Shown here: piece after piece, positions 50,319 to 59,870 of the stretch
How the letters are laid out: each line of letters begins with the position of its first letter
Position numbering within the stretch: the stretch's first letter is position 1
Origin: a bacterium
GTDB lineage: Bacteria > Patescibacteriota > Dojkabacteria > GCA-016699595 > JBAXKR01
Reading direction: 5' to 3'
NCBI GenBank assembly: GCA_037131125.1
Contig: JBAXRR010000002.1
Coordinates: forward strand, 21,605 to 85,604
DNA: 64,000 nucleotides
Notes under the pieces: generated by a model
What the model saw: only the letters and a program-made list of their open reading frames with translations
What the model was told of the DNA's origin: nothing
The model's database searches: none
Position numbers and translations under genes: made by a program

Positions 50319-50651
50319 ATGGAAGCACAATCTGGAAATAATGATCCAAAAGTACAAAGAACATTGCTACAAAGAGTATTAAACATACAAGCTGTAGATA
50401 ATGGAGAAGGTATTAGAGCTGTTCCAAATGAGGAAAGAAGAACAACATTTAGAGATGTAGTATTATCGTTCTTAAGAGGAAAGAAAACACCATCCCAAAG
50501 CATTTACCAAATTACTGACGAACCTGATGATACCAGCAGTGTAGATTCAGAAGGGTTTAGAAATGCACAAAACATGACACTTGGGGCTTCAAGTAAAACT
50601 CCATCTGAATTTTTCGGAAACAAAGGAAAGAAAAAAACTAACAGTGATTGA
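50319..50651 (+). CDS. Possible small basic or disordered protein (110 aa). A weak call.
   Basis: ORF in the 620-bp gap upstream of pnp with non-intergenic composition. No homology recognised. It is not ribosomal protein S15. Confidence 0.25.
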   Translation: MEAQSGNNDPKVQRTLLQRVLNIQAVDNGEGIRAVPNEERRTTFRDVVLSFLRGKKTPSQSIYQITDEPDDTSSVDSEGFRNAQNMTLGASSKTPSEFFGNKGKKKTNSD

Positions 50652-50714
50652 GTTTTTCATAATTCCTCTTTTCTGTTAAAATGCATTAGTTTATATTTTA
50701 TATTTCGCGCTAAA

Positions 50715-50779
50715 GGTAGTTTTTTAATTACAGATTATTGGGACTTCAAAGGTCTTAGCAATTTGTAGTTAAAACTACC
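50715..50779 (+). promoter_or_regulatory. Long hairpin in the pnp 5' leader; a candidate RNase III-type autoregulatory stem-loop.
   Basis: GGTAGTTTT (50715..50723) pairs perfectly with AAAACTACC (50771..50779) around a ~47-nt interior that carries further partial complementarity. It sits about 22 nt upstream of the pnp ATG. Confidence 0.4.
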
Positions 50780-50801
50780 AAGGTGTTGCGAAATTCCCTA
50801 C

Positions 50802-52931
50802 ATGTTATTCAATAACCATGTAAAGCATGAGGCCGACATTGACGGCACTCATTACAGCCTGGAAACAGGTATTATGGCTCGTAGAGCCGATTCTGCAGTA
50901 GTTGCTAGAGCAGGAGATACAGTAGTTCTAGCAACCGTAACGGTTTCCGATAAACCATCTTCCCTCGACTATTTTCCTCTAACGGTCGAGTTCGTCGAAA
51001 AATACTACGCAGGAGGAAGAATTTCATCTTCAAGATTCGTTAAAAGAGAGAGATTTCCTACAGATGAAGCTGTTCTAAAAAGAAGAGCAATAGATAGATC
51101 TGTAAGACCACTTTTCCCAGAAGGATACAAGAATGAGGTTCAATTAATAGTCACAGTATTATCCTATGATGATAAGAATGACGCACTTTTACTTGGAATT
51201 AATGCTGCTTCTGCAGCTTTAAGTACTTCTAAAGTTCCATTCGATGGTCCTGTTGCAGGTGTTCGAGTTGGAAAGATTGATGGAGCATTAATGGTAAATC
51301 CAACAGTTTCAAGTATGGAAACATCTGAACTTGATTTAGTATTCAGTGGATACTCTGACCTAGTTACCATGATTGAAGTTGGTGGAAACCAAGTTCCAAA
51401 TGAAGAAATGGATAAAGCATTTGATATGGCAGCTTCTGAATTTGATAAATATGTATCCTTCCAAAAGGGATTTATTGAAAAGGTTAAGAAGGAAAAGATG
51501 TCATATGAGCCAATAGTTCCAAATGAAGAAGTAATGAAAGAATTAATTGCTAACTATAATGATAAATTTGTAGATGCAATGTATGGAACACATGACAAAC
51601 TATATGACGAGAAAATGGCTTTAGTTAAAGCTGAACTTGTAGAAAAGTTTAAAGATAAAGTTTCAGAAGCAGATATTGCTGCTTGTATGTACAAGTTTGC
51701 TAAAAAGATTATGAGAAAAGGTATTTTAACTGAAAGTAAGAGATTAAGTGGAAGAGCTATGGATGAGATTAGAGAAATAGATATTCAAGTTGGAGTATTA
51801 CCTAGAGTTCATGGTTCTGCTCTATTTACTCGAGGTGTAACCCAAGCTTTATCTATTGCAACTTTAGGATCATCTAGACTTGCTCAAACATTAGATAGTT
51901 TTGAAGGAGAAGAAATAAAGCATTACATGCACCATTATAATGGACCTTCTTACTCTCTAGGAGAGCCAGGAAGATATTCATATAACCCAGGTGGAAGAGA
52001 AATTGGACACGGAGCTTTAGCAGAAAAAGCCTTAAAGTATGTTGTTCCATCTCAAGAAGAATTCCCTTATACAATTAGAGTTGTAAGTGAAGTTCTTTCT
52101 CAATCTGGATCTTCTTCTATGGCTTCAACTTGTGGTTCAACACTTGCTTTAATGGAAGCAGGAGTTCCAATAAAAGCACCTGTTGCAGGTATTGCAATTG
52201 GACTTGTTACTGGAGAAACACAAGATGAATACAAATTAGTTGTAGATATGGCAGATAAAGAAGACTTCTTTGGTGATATGGACTTCAAAGTTGCAGGAAG
52301 TGTTAATGGAGTTACTGCAATTCAAATGGATAACAAACTTAAAGGTGTTAAGGTTTCTATTCTTAAAGAAGCTTTAAAGGTAGCTGGAGTTAAAAGACTT
52401 GAGTTACTTTCAAAGATGACTGCAGTTATAGATAAACCAAGGGCAGAGCTAAGTGAGTTTGCTCCAAAGGTACAATCTCTAAAGATTAAACAAGATAAGA
52501 TTGGAGAATTAATTGGTCCAGGTGGAAAGAATATCAAAGCAATTATTGCAGAGTCAGGTGCTGATATAGACATAAAAGATGACGGTACAGTATTTGTTAC
52601 TGCAGTGTCTAAGGATAGTCTAGAAAAGGCACTTGGAATGATAGACAATATTGTTGCAGAACCTGAAGTTGGAAAGGTATATGATGGTATTATAGATAGT
52701 ATTAAAGAATACGGAGCATTCGTTGATCTTGGGGCATTCTCAGGACTCGTACATGTTTCTGAAATCTCAGATACTTTCATTAAGGACATCAGTAAGGTAA
52801 TAAAGGAAGGAGACAGAGTAAGAGTATTAGTTGTTGGTATAGATGAACAAGGTAGAGTCAAGTTGTCTATTAAGCAAGCTAAGAAAAAGGATGCTGAAAA
52901 TGGTGTAAAGCCAGTAGAAGAGAAAGCTTAG
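50802..52931 (+). CDS. pnp: Polyribonucleotide nucleotidyltransferase (PNPase).
   Basis: N-terminus MLFNNHVK...LETGIMARRADSAVVARAGDTVVLATV...DYFPLTVEFVEKYYAGGRI is co-linear with E. coli PNPase. Two RNase PH domains, a KH domain (ELIGPGGKNIKAI) and an S1 domain follow. Confidence 0.9.
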   Translation: MLFNNHVKHEADIDGTHYSLETGIMARRADSAVVARAGDTVVLATVTVSDKPSSLDYFPLTVEFVEKYYAGGRISSSRFVKRERFPTDEAVLKRRAIDRSVRPLFPEGYKNEVQLIVTVLSYDDKNDALLLGINAASAALSTSKVPFDGPVAGVRVGKIDGALMVNPTVSSMETSELDLVFSGYSDLVTMIEVGGNQVPNEEMDKAFDMAASEFDKYVSFQKGFIEKVKKEKMSYEPIVPNEEVMKELIANYNDKFVDAMYGTHDKLYDEKMALVKAELVEKFKDKVSEADIAACMYKFAKKIMRKGILTESKRLSGRAMDEIREIDIQVGVLPRVHGSALFTRGVTQALSIATLGSSRLAQTLDSFEGEEIKHYMHHYNGPSYSLGEPGRYSYNPGGREIGHGALAEKALKYVVPSQEEFPYTIRVVSEVLSQSGSSSMASTCGSTLALMEAGVPIKAPVAGIAIGLVTGETQDEYKLVVDMADKEDFFGDMDFKVAGSVNGVTAIQMDNKLKGVKVSILKEALKVAGVKRLELLSKMTAVIDKPRAELSEFAPKVQSLKIKQDKIGELIGPGGKNIKAIIAESGADIDIKDDGTVFVTAVSKDSLEKALGMIDNIVAEPEVGKVYDGIIDSIKEYGAFVDLGAFSGLVHVSEISDTFIKDISKVIKEGDRVRVLVVGIDEQGRVKLSIKQAKKKDAENGVKPVEEKA

Positions 52932-52960
52932 GTTATTAATTAAATACAAGGAGATATATT

Positions 52961-54694
52961 TTGGTTAGAAAGGCCATTGATTTTACCAAAACAATATTCA
53001 CATCTGAGCCACAAAGCACACTTAAAGTAAGTGTTATATTAATGGGTATAACTTTACTTGCAAAAGTTGCAGGACTTGCTGTTAAGGCTTTGATGGCAAA
53101 CAAGATCGGAGTTAATAGAGAGCTCGATATCTTCTTTGCTGCTAATACCCTTCCAGAAATGCTCTCTAATGTATTTTTAGTAGGCGCATTATCTGCAGCA
53201 GTTATACCTATACTTGCACAAGTAAAGAAAGTAAAAGGATTCGAAGAATTTGAAAAGACTTTATCTCTAGGACTTAATGGGAGTTTACTTCTATTTACAG
53301 CAATTACTATTGTTGTATCCATATTTGCAGGACAAATAATTCCTTGGATTATTCAGAACTTTGCAAATCCAATAGATCCCTTTACACCAGGAGAAATCTC
53401 TAGAATTGTAATTATGACTAGAGTACTTCTCTTCTCCCAAATACTTCTTGGAGTAAGCAGTTTTATTGGAGTTGGTCTTCAGACAATGCAGAGATTTATA
53501 ATTCCACAAATTGCTGGAATTCTATATAACATTGGACAGTTAATTGGAGCTATCTTAATAATTCCACTTCTTCCAAATGAATATAAATTATGGGGACTTG
53601 TTATAGGTATCTATCTTGGATGTATCTTTCATATCCTTATTCAACTTCCCGCAATTAGAGCAGTTGGAATTAAGTATTATCCAATCTTAGATTTTAAAAA
53701 TGCAGCAGTAAGAAAAATGGCTGTTTTAGGAATTCCAAGAACACTTACATTAGCAGCAGATCAGTTTGCGGTAGCCTTTGATAAAGTAATTGCACTAAGA
53801 CTTATTCAAGGTTCACTTTCAGCATATGCTCTCTCAATATCCATTATGAGTATTCCATTTTCACTTGTTGCATATAGCTTTTCTGTAGTAGCATTTCCTA
53901 AACTTGCAGAACATTTTGCAGCAAATGATAAAAACAGTGCAAGAGATCTATTCACAAAAGTATTTAACCAAATACTATTCTTAGTGATTCCGATAACTGC
54001 AATATTTATAGTTCTTCGTGTTCCACTTGTTCGTATTATGTATGGACTTTATCCAAATGGTAACTTCTCATGGGATGCTACCCTTCTTATTGCCTGGATG
54101 ATACTCTTCTACTCCATTGGGCTTGTCCCAGAAGTATTAAATACATTACATAACAGACTATTTTTCTCTGCACATAACACTTGGATTCCACTACTAATTG
54201 GTGCCTTCATTGTAATATTTGGTATGGGAACAGGTTTAGCATTCACGCAATATTTAAAACATTTTGACACTCTTTCTATCCTAGATTTAACAATAAATTT
54301 AGATTTCTTTAAATATAATGCCTCGTCTGTAGGTATTGCGGCTGTTGGAGGATTGGCATTAAGCTCCTCAATTACAAATATAATCGCCTTCATTTTCTTC
54401 ATGATAGCCATTAATGTAAAACTATTTAAACTTACATTCCATGACTTCTGGTTAAAGATTATCGCAAAAACATCTGTTGGAATAAGTATGTTTAGCTTCA
54501 TGTATATAATTACTAAGTTTTGGGAAAGTACATTAAATACTGCAAAAGTTTCCGGAGTCATTCTTCTTACAGGAGGTACAATACTATTCGGAGGACTTCT
54601 TTATGTAGGGCTTAGTATATTATTCAAAATAGAAGAAGCAGATATATTCAAAAGATATTATGAGAGATTTAGAAAATATATAATCACAAGATAA
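52961..54694 (+). CDS. murJ: Lipid II flippase MurJ (MviN).
   Basis: TTG start with an AAGGAG RBS 7 nt upstream. N-terminus ...LMGITLLAKVAGLAVKALMANKIGVNRELDIFFAANTLPEMLSNVFLVGALSAAVIPIL is typical MurJ. About 14 TM helices. Confidence 0.85.
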   Translation: MVRKAIDFTKTIFTSEPQSTLKVSVILMGITLLAKVAGLAVKALMANKIGVNRELDIFFAANTLPEMLSNVFLVGALSAAVIPILAQVKKVKGFEEFEKTLSLGLNGSLLLFTAITIVVSIFAGQIIPWIIQNFANPIDPFTPGEISRIVIMTRVLLFSQILLGVSSFIGVGLQTMQRFIIPQIAGILYNIGQLIGAILIIPLLPNEYKLWGLVIGIYLGCIFHILIQLPAIRAVGIKYYPILDFKNAAVRKMAVLGIPRTLTLAADQFAVAFDKVIALRLIQGSLSAYALSISIMSIPFSLVAYSFSVVAFPKLAEHFAANDKNSARDLFTKVFNQILFLVIPITAIFIVLRVPLVRIMYGLYPNGNFSWDATLLIAWMILFYSIGLVPEVLNTLHNRLFFSAHNTWIPLLIGAFIVIFGMGTGLAFTQYLKHFDTLSILDLTINLDFFKYNASSVGIAAVGGLALSSSITNIIAFIFFMIAINVKLFKLTFHDFWLKIIAKTSVGISMFSFMYIITKFWESTLNTAKVSGVILLTGGTILFGGLLYVGLSILFKIEEADIFKRYYERFRKYIITR

Positions 54695-54695
54695 A

Positions 54696-55427
54696 GTGAA
54701 AGAACAAGAAGAAGATAAAAAAGACAAATCTAAAAGGGAGATCCCACAAACAATACTCATAGAGAGAGAGAAAATTATTCTTCGAGAAGGTGGTGGATTT
54801 AGCATTAAAAGTTGTCTATCTACTGGTTGTGGACTATTTATGGCCCTTCTAGTTGTAGGAATCATATTAATAGCCACCGTTCCTGACTACAAAGAGAAAG
54901 CATTAACATTTGCACTTTCAGTTTTTGCTAAACAATATGAACCAGCAGATCTTCCAGCTTCTACCCCACAATATATAAAACCAGAGTTTTTAAATGCTAT
55001 AGAAGCACTATCTTCTTCGAGTAATGTTGTAGAACAAGTGAGAATTAATAAAGATGAATTTAATTCTTATCTTCAAAATACAGATTTTGGCATTGATATA
55101 ACTGCAAAAACTGAATTTCTAGATAGAGGTGTTAAGGTTTTTGTAAGAAGTAAAAAATATCAGGATTCGCCTTGGATAAAAATTACTTTAGAAAATCCAG
55201 CTAATGGACAACTACAGCTCAAATCTGCTAACTTAGGGCCATTCGAGGTTTCTCCAGATGGACTAAGATCTAGTTTAAAGACATTTAATTTAGGATTAGA
55301 AAACTTCAATTTTGAAAAAATTAACGAATACTTGGGACAAATGTTACTTCCTAAAGATTCAAAATTCACTATTGAAAAAATAGATATGTACTCCGATTAT
55401 GCTCTATTAAGGCTTATTAGAAAATGA
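54696..55427 (+). CDS. Hypothetical membrane-anchored protein (243 aa).
   Basis: N-terminal TM (LFMALLVVGIILIATV). Tightly packed between murJ and holA. Confidence 0.45.
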   Translation: MKEQEEDKKDKSKREIPQTILIEREKIILREGGGFSIKSCLSTGCGLFMALLVVGIILIATVPDYKEKALTFALSVFAKQYEPADLPASTPQYIKPEFLNAIEALSSSSNVVEQVRINKDEFNSYLQNTDFGIDITAKTEFLDRGVKVFVRSKKYQDSPWIKITLENPANGQLQLKSANLGPFEVSPDGLRSSLKTFNLGLENFNFEKINEYLGQMLLPKDSKFTIEKIDMYSDYALLRLIRK

Positions 55428-56401
55428 AACTAATTCTTCTTCATGGAGAAAACAATTTCGACAGCGAGGCTAAACTAAAGTCGTATGTAAACACACTCTC
55501 TAAAACATTTTCAAAGATTGAAAAAATAGATGGGGACACTGCAAAGAATATTTCAGATATGCACTTAGATTTTGACATTTCACTCTTTGGTGAAAAGAAG
55601 GCTGTGGTAATAAGACGACTATTTCAAAATTCAAATAAAAATACTTTGGACTCATTTCTTAAGTATTTAGAATCCAATGAGAAAGATACAGGAGATAACA
55701 CAATTGTACTTTGGGAAGATAAGAACGCAGATAAAAGAACAGTTCTTTACAAATACATTGTTAAGAAGTTCACTGTTGAAGAATTTCCTAAACTTACATA
55801 CAGAGATCTAACTAATTGGATTATTAAATATGGAAATTTGAAAGATATAGTTATAGGAAGTAATGAAGCCTTTATGCTAACTCTTAGAGTTGGTGAAGAT
55901 ACGAATGTGATAGCACATGAGATAAATAAATTATCTAGTTTGAAAATTACTAAACTAACTGAAGAAGATATTTCTAAATATTTAAGTGAATCTGCAGAAC
56001 ATAATATTTTTGAACTACTCGATGTAATACTAGATATATTATCTCTTGGAGATAACAAAGATAATTCACATGAATTTCATTCTAAATATATAAAGATGCA
56101 AAAGCTTTCAGAAAAGCTATTTGAAGACTACAAGAACTATCCTTCTTTAATGGCAAACCTTACAAGTAACTTAAGTACTCTTTTACAAATAAAGTTACTT
56201 CAAGAAAAAGGACTTGCTCAAGTAGAAATTGCATCTCAAATTCCAATGCATCCTTTTGTGTTTAAGAAACTTTATGCAAGGAGTAGTAACTTCAATATTG
56301 AATACTTAAAGAACAAATATGCACTACTTGCAGATTTGGATTACAAATTTAAAAAAGGAGAAATAGATGCCACAAGTGTCGTCGTTATGATTGTTAAATA
56401 G
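55424..56401 (+). CDS. holA: DNA polymerase III delta subunit.
   Basis: LILLHGENNF start; IGSNEAFMLTLRVGEDTNVIAHEINKL; a C-terminal helical domain (IASQIPMHPFVFKKLYARSSNFNIEYLKNKYALLADLDYKFKKGEID) matching HolA architecture. Confidence 0.65.
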   Translation: MKLILLHGENNFDSEAKLKSYVNTLSKTFSKIEKIDGDTAKNISDMHLDFDISLFGEKKAVVIRRLFQNSNKNTLDSFLKYLESNEKDTGDNTIVLWEDKNADKRTVLYKYIVKKFTVEEFPKLTYRDLTNWIIKYGNLKDIVIGSNEAFMLTLRVGEDTNVIAHEINKLSSLKITKLTEEDISKYLSESAEHNIFELLDVILDILSLGDNKDNSHEFHSKYIKMQKLSEKLFEDYKNYPSLMANLTSNLSTLLQIKLLQEKGLAQVEIASQIPMHPFVFKKLYARSSNFNIEYLKNKYALLADLDYKFKKGEIDATSVVVMIVK

Positions 56402-56437
56402 AGATTAATTTCCTGAAAGGATATGTTTTTCAATTAT

Positions 56438-56493
56438 TAACCGTCATGTATACTGGGAGGTTTGATAGCCTAACCGTCAAGTATACTGGGGGG
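56438..56493 (+). repeat. Two 23-bp imperfect direct repeats (21/23 identical), GC-richer than their surroundings. Candidate operator or iteron pair upstream of abiEi.
   Basis: TAACCGTCATGTATACTGGGAGG at 56438..56460 and TAACCGTCAAGTATACTGGGGGG at 56471..56493. Each contains a GTATAC palindrome. A GATAGCCT motif also recurs at 56464 and 56528. Confidence 0.5.
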
Positions 56494-56609
56494 TTGGGAA
56501 AACATACTTCTAGTAAATATATTCAGATAGCCTCAAATAATACTAGTTAAACAGGATTTTCTAAATATCGGACTAATGCTTTGAGAATTTAGAAATTTGC
56601 AATAATCTA

Positions 56610-56638
56610 TTGACAGTTGCATTTTTCTGGTATATTCT
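56610..56638 (+). promoter_or_regulatory. Candidate sigma70-type promoter for abiEi.
   Basis: TTGACA (56610..56615), a 17-nt spacer and TATTCT (56633..56638), about 38 nt upstream of the ATG at 56677. Confidence 0.35.
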
Positions 56639-56676
56639 GAGGATAGTAATTCAGCGTTATTGATGAATTTGAGTAC

Positions 56677-57459
56677 ATGAAAAACACCATTCTTTCGACA
56701 AAACAAAGCGATTTACTTGAAAAATTGTTAGTGACATACGGGCAAATTGTTTCAACTGAACAAGTACACACACAAGCCCAGTTAACTGGTGAATACAAAC
56801 AAACAAAAAATATTATTACAAAGCTTGTTGAAAATGGTTGGTTAATTCGAATTAAACAAGGTCTTTATGCAATTTCCGATTTGAGTTCACGTGGATTCCT
56901 CGCAATATCTCCATACTTAGTAGCTAATTTAATTGTCCCCGAGTCATATGTTTCATTTGAATCTGCGTTACAAAAATATGGAATGTTTGATCAACTTACT
57001 GAAATAACAGTTTCAATTTCTTTAAAAAAATATAAGGCTTTGACACTTAGTTCAACAACGTATTCATATATTAATACCAAACCAAAATATTACTTTGGTT
57101 GGAAAGATATTAGTATTGATAATAGAATTGCACATATTGCTACACCAGAAAAAGCATTAATAGATATAATAAACTTTCACAAAAGCCAATACTCTATTGA
57201 TTTTGTAATAGAAAAATTAAATGAAAACAAAAAGGATTTGGACTTTAAGCTAATGAGTCAATATCTAGAGGTGTTTCCATTAACCATAATTAGATCATTC
57301 GGATTAATTTTTGACCTTATTGGCATTAATTCAGATAGGTTATATGCAAAAGTTAGAAATTTAAGAAATTATAGTGAAATGTTACCAGATGATACTAAAT
57401 TTAATGCTAAATGGAGAATATATTACAATCCATATTTTGATAAATACCATTCAAAATGA
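56677..57459 (+). CDS. abiEi: AbiEi-family antitoxin / transcriptional regulator (type IV toxin-antitoxin, abortive-infection system).
   Basis: N-terminal wHTH-like region. ...VPESYVSFESALQKYGMFDQLTEIT... matches the AbiEi core. 4-nt overlap with the downstream AbiEii gene. Confidence 0.65.
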   Translation: MKNTILSTKQSDLLEKLLVTYGQIVSTEQVHTQAQLTGEYKQTKNIITKLVENGWLIRIKQGLYAISDLSSRGFLAISPYLVANLIVPESYVSFESALQKYGMFDQLTEITVSISLKKYKALTLSSTTYSYINTKPKYYFGWKDISIDNRIAHIATPEKALIDIINFHKSQYSIDFVIEKLNENKKDLDFKLMSQYLEVFPLTIIRSFGLIFDLIGINSDRLYAKVRNLRNYSEMLPDDTKFNAKWRIYYNPYFDKYHSK

Positions 57460-58238
57460 GCTTTCAACTTCTCACAAGACAACAATTAGAAATCATTAAT
57501 CGCAAAAGTCTGAAATATCCACTGCACATTGCAGAGAAGGATTACTTCTTAAGTTTGGCAATGTTAACTATTTCTAATTCGAACCTTGGAAAAATACTAA
57601 TATTTAAAGGTGGCACAGCACTCCATCATTGCTATTTAGAACAACATCGCTTTTCCGAAGATTTGGATTTTTCATCAAATCAAAATACTCTAACACTAGA
57701 TAATGTTAAAAGTATTTTTAAAGACATAAGCTATTTCAAAATAAAAAAGGAATATATCTCAAATGCAACAATAAAAATCGAGAAATTGCAATACTCAGGT
57801 CCATTAATTCAACCTAACTCATTAAAAATAGAGATAGATTTCTTACAAAACGTACTATTACCTCCAAAAAAAATTAAATACTCTAATGTCTGGGGATTAG
57901 ATTTCGAAGTTAATGTTATGGACATCAGAGAAGTCTGTGCGGAAAAAATAAGAGCCATGAGCGAAAGAGCTAGATACAGAGATTTTTATGATCTTTTCCT
58001 GATACTAGAGAAATATTCAATAGATTTAGAAGAAATTACAGGATATATTGCTCTCAAGGAAATACGAAAAACAATCATCAAACAAAACATTCTTCATAAT
58101 TGGTTAATTGTTGGAACACAAAAAAAGGAAGAAATGAATCAAATTCACTATTCTAAAACTGTATCAGATGAACAGATAGAAAATATGATAAATAGGTTAC
58201 CTTTTGAAGAAATAATTAGAGAAAAGGTAAAAAATTGA
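57456..58238 (+). CDS. abiEii: AbiEii/AbiGii-family nucleotidyltransferase toxin (DUF1814).
   Basis: Signature ...ILIFKGGTALHHCYLEQHRFSEDLDFSS... (GGTAL...RFSEDLDF). Confidence 0.85.
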   Translation: MSFQLLTRQQLEIINRKSLKYPLHIAEKDYFLSLAMLTISNSNLGKILIFKGGTALHHCYLEQHRFSEDLDFSSNQNTLTLDNVKSIFKDISYFKIKKEYISNATIKIEKLQYSGPLIQPNSLKIEIDFLQNVLLPPKKIKYSNVWGLDFEVNVMDIREVCAEKIRAMSERARYRDFYDLFLILEKYSIDLEEITGYIALKEIRKTIIKQNILHNWLIVGTQKKEEMNQIHYSKTVSDEQIENMINRLPFEEIIREKVKN

Positions 58239-58254
58239 AACAAGATATTTCCGT

Positions 58255-59547
58255 ATGTTTGGTATTGTAGACTCCATACATATTCTGTATATTGTAATAT
58301 ACATATTTTCTATAACGATGAACCTTCTAAGACAAAAAATTCAAGGGATTTTAGGCTTATCTTTAATCTCTTTTATTATTTTTTCTTTAACTATAACTCC
58401 TACATTTGCCCAAGCCTTAGATGTTCTTACGAGAGCAAACTGGAATGTAGATGAATCTCTTTACCAAGAAGAAAAGAAATTTGGAGAAATTAGTAAACTA
58501 AACTTAGTTGTAATGGATACTAACTCACTTCAAATACGAAGTGATTGTAAAGACTGGGCAAGTTCTCTTTACTACTATTTCACCACAAGGCTTGGAACAA
58601 AAGATATTCCATTTGCATATCTAGCATGCCAAGATGGAACAATATTGGAAGGTGCAAAACAAAAAGAAGAACGCTCTTTTGATATCCTCGGAGGAGATGG
58701 TGCAATTAATATTCCACTACTAACGACTTCATCCAATATTGGATTAAATGCAGAAAGTTATGCAAAACTTGAAACATTCATAATTTCCTTATCTGAAAAA
58801 TATTCAATAAAAAAGATTGATATTAAAGAATTAAAAGTAGATTTAAGTGTTAAAGATAAATCTGTAAAAATGAGTCTAGTTTCATTAAGTAATCCATTAC
58901 CAGAATTTAGTGCATTAGTGGATGCAACAACTCTAAAACTAAAACAGGCTAATAGGACATTACAGTTATCTCTAAAAGGCACATCCCTGTCTAGTACTAA
59001 CGTTAAGCCGGGTGACCTAATAGATGTAAAAATGAACATAACTAACAATTCAGGATTTAATGTATATGGAAGAGGAGATAACTCTCTATTTGCAGTAACA
59101 GATACTCCTTTTGACAGTAAGAGTGAATTTTATGCAGGAAGTGATTTTTGGAATTCTTTATCTAGAGTTCAACTACTAAAAGATGATGACATTATCCTAG
59201 ACAAAGAAGTTAAAGACTTAATATTCAAAGTTAAAGTACCACTTAAAGGTGGGAAACTAACACAAAGTTTCATACTTACGAACAAATCTGGAATTAAAAT
59301 AGCTGGAACTAACTTTAAAGTAGAAGTTAATTCAACAATGGCAGGGATGGACATAGTGGAAATTAAATCTACAGAAAATGGTAAATTAAATGTAAGAGAT
59401 GTACCTAATGGTACAAATGTAATTACAAAGGTATTTCCAGGTGAAAGATACATTGTATATACAAGACAGGATGGATGGTTACAAATAGATGTAGGAGGAA
59501 CAAAAGGCTGGATATTAGCTTCCTATGCAAAGGGAGTAACACAGTAG
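58255..59547 (+). CDS. Secreted protein with a C-terminal bacterial SH3 (SH3b) domain; possibly a cell-wall-binding protein.
   Basis: Signal peptide/TM (LSLISFIIFSLTITPTFAQA). C-terminus GKLNVRDVPNGTNVITKVFPGERYIVYTRQDGWLQIDVGGTKGWILASY is SH3b-like. Confidence 0.5.
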   Translation: MFGIVDSIHILYIVIYIFSITMNLLRQKIQGILGLSLISFIIFSLTITPTFAQALDVLTRANWNVDESLYQEEKKFGEISKLNLVVMDTNSLQIRSDCKDWASSLYYYFTTRLGTKDIPFAYLACQDGTILEGAKQKEERSFDILGGDGAINIPLLTTSSNIGLNAESYAKLETFIISLSEKYSIKKIDIKELKVDLSVKDKSVKMSLVSLSNPLPEFSALVDATTLKLKQANRTLQLSLKGTSLSSTNVKPGDLIDVKMNITNNSGFNVYGRGDNSLFAVTDTPFDSKSEFYAGSDFWNSLSRVQLLKDDDIILDKEVKDLIFKVKVPLKGGKLTQSFILTNKSGIKIAGTNFKVEVNSTMAGMDIVEIKSTENGKLNVRDVPNGTNVITKVFPGERYIVYTRQDGWLQIDVGGTKGWILASYAKGVTQ

Positions 59548-59711
59548 TAACTAAGTACTTGTCACCTTGTTAAATATCTGATACTAATGAATAAGTACTC
59601 TTGATCTTTAACAACTGAATATTAACGATACCGAATAGCAAGAATTCCCCTTTTTCAACTTAGTAGTAATACCCACCGTATTTTTGATAGAATACTAGAG
59701 ATCAAAGATTT

Positions 59712-59801
59712 GGAGGGTTACCCAAGTGGCTGAAGGGGAGGGTTTGCTAAACCCTTAGTACGGAGCAATCCGTAGCGAGAGTTCGAATCTCTCACCCTCC
59801 G
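59712..59801 (+). tRNA. tRNA-Ser (anticodon GCU), a class II tRNA with a long variable arm. CCA is not encoded.
   Basis: Manual fold: acceptor GGAGGGT/ACCCTCC, anticodon stem AGGGT/ACCCT with loop TTGCTAA (anticodon GCT), a 21-nt variable arm, and T-arm GAGAG-TTCGAAT-CTCTC. Confidence 0.85.
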
Positions 59802-59870
59802 AATTAATTTTGATGACTATGGGACTTAGTGATATAATAAATACACTATAAGTTTAGAGTCATATAAAAC

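Noticed and set aside
50183-50801. rpsO (ribosomal protein S15) upstream of pnp.
   Set aside because: None of the small ORFs in this gap resembles S15. The 110-aa ORF is disordered and basic but lacks the S15 helical signature.
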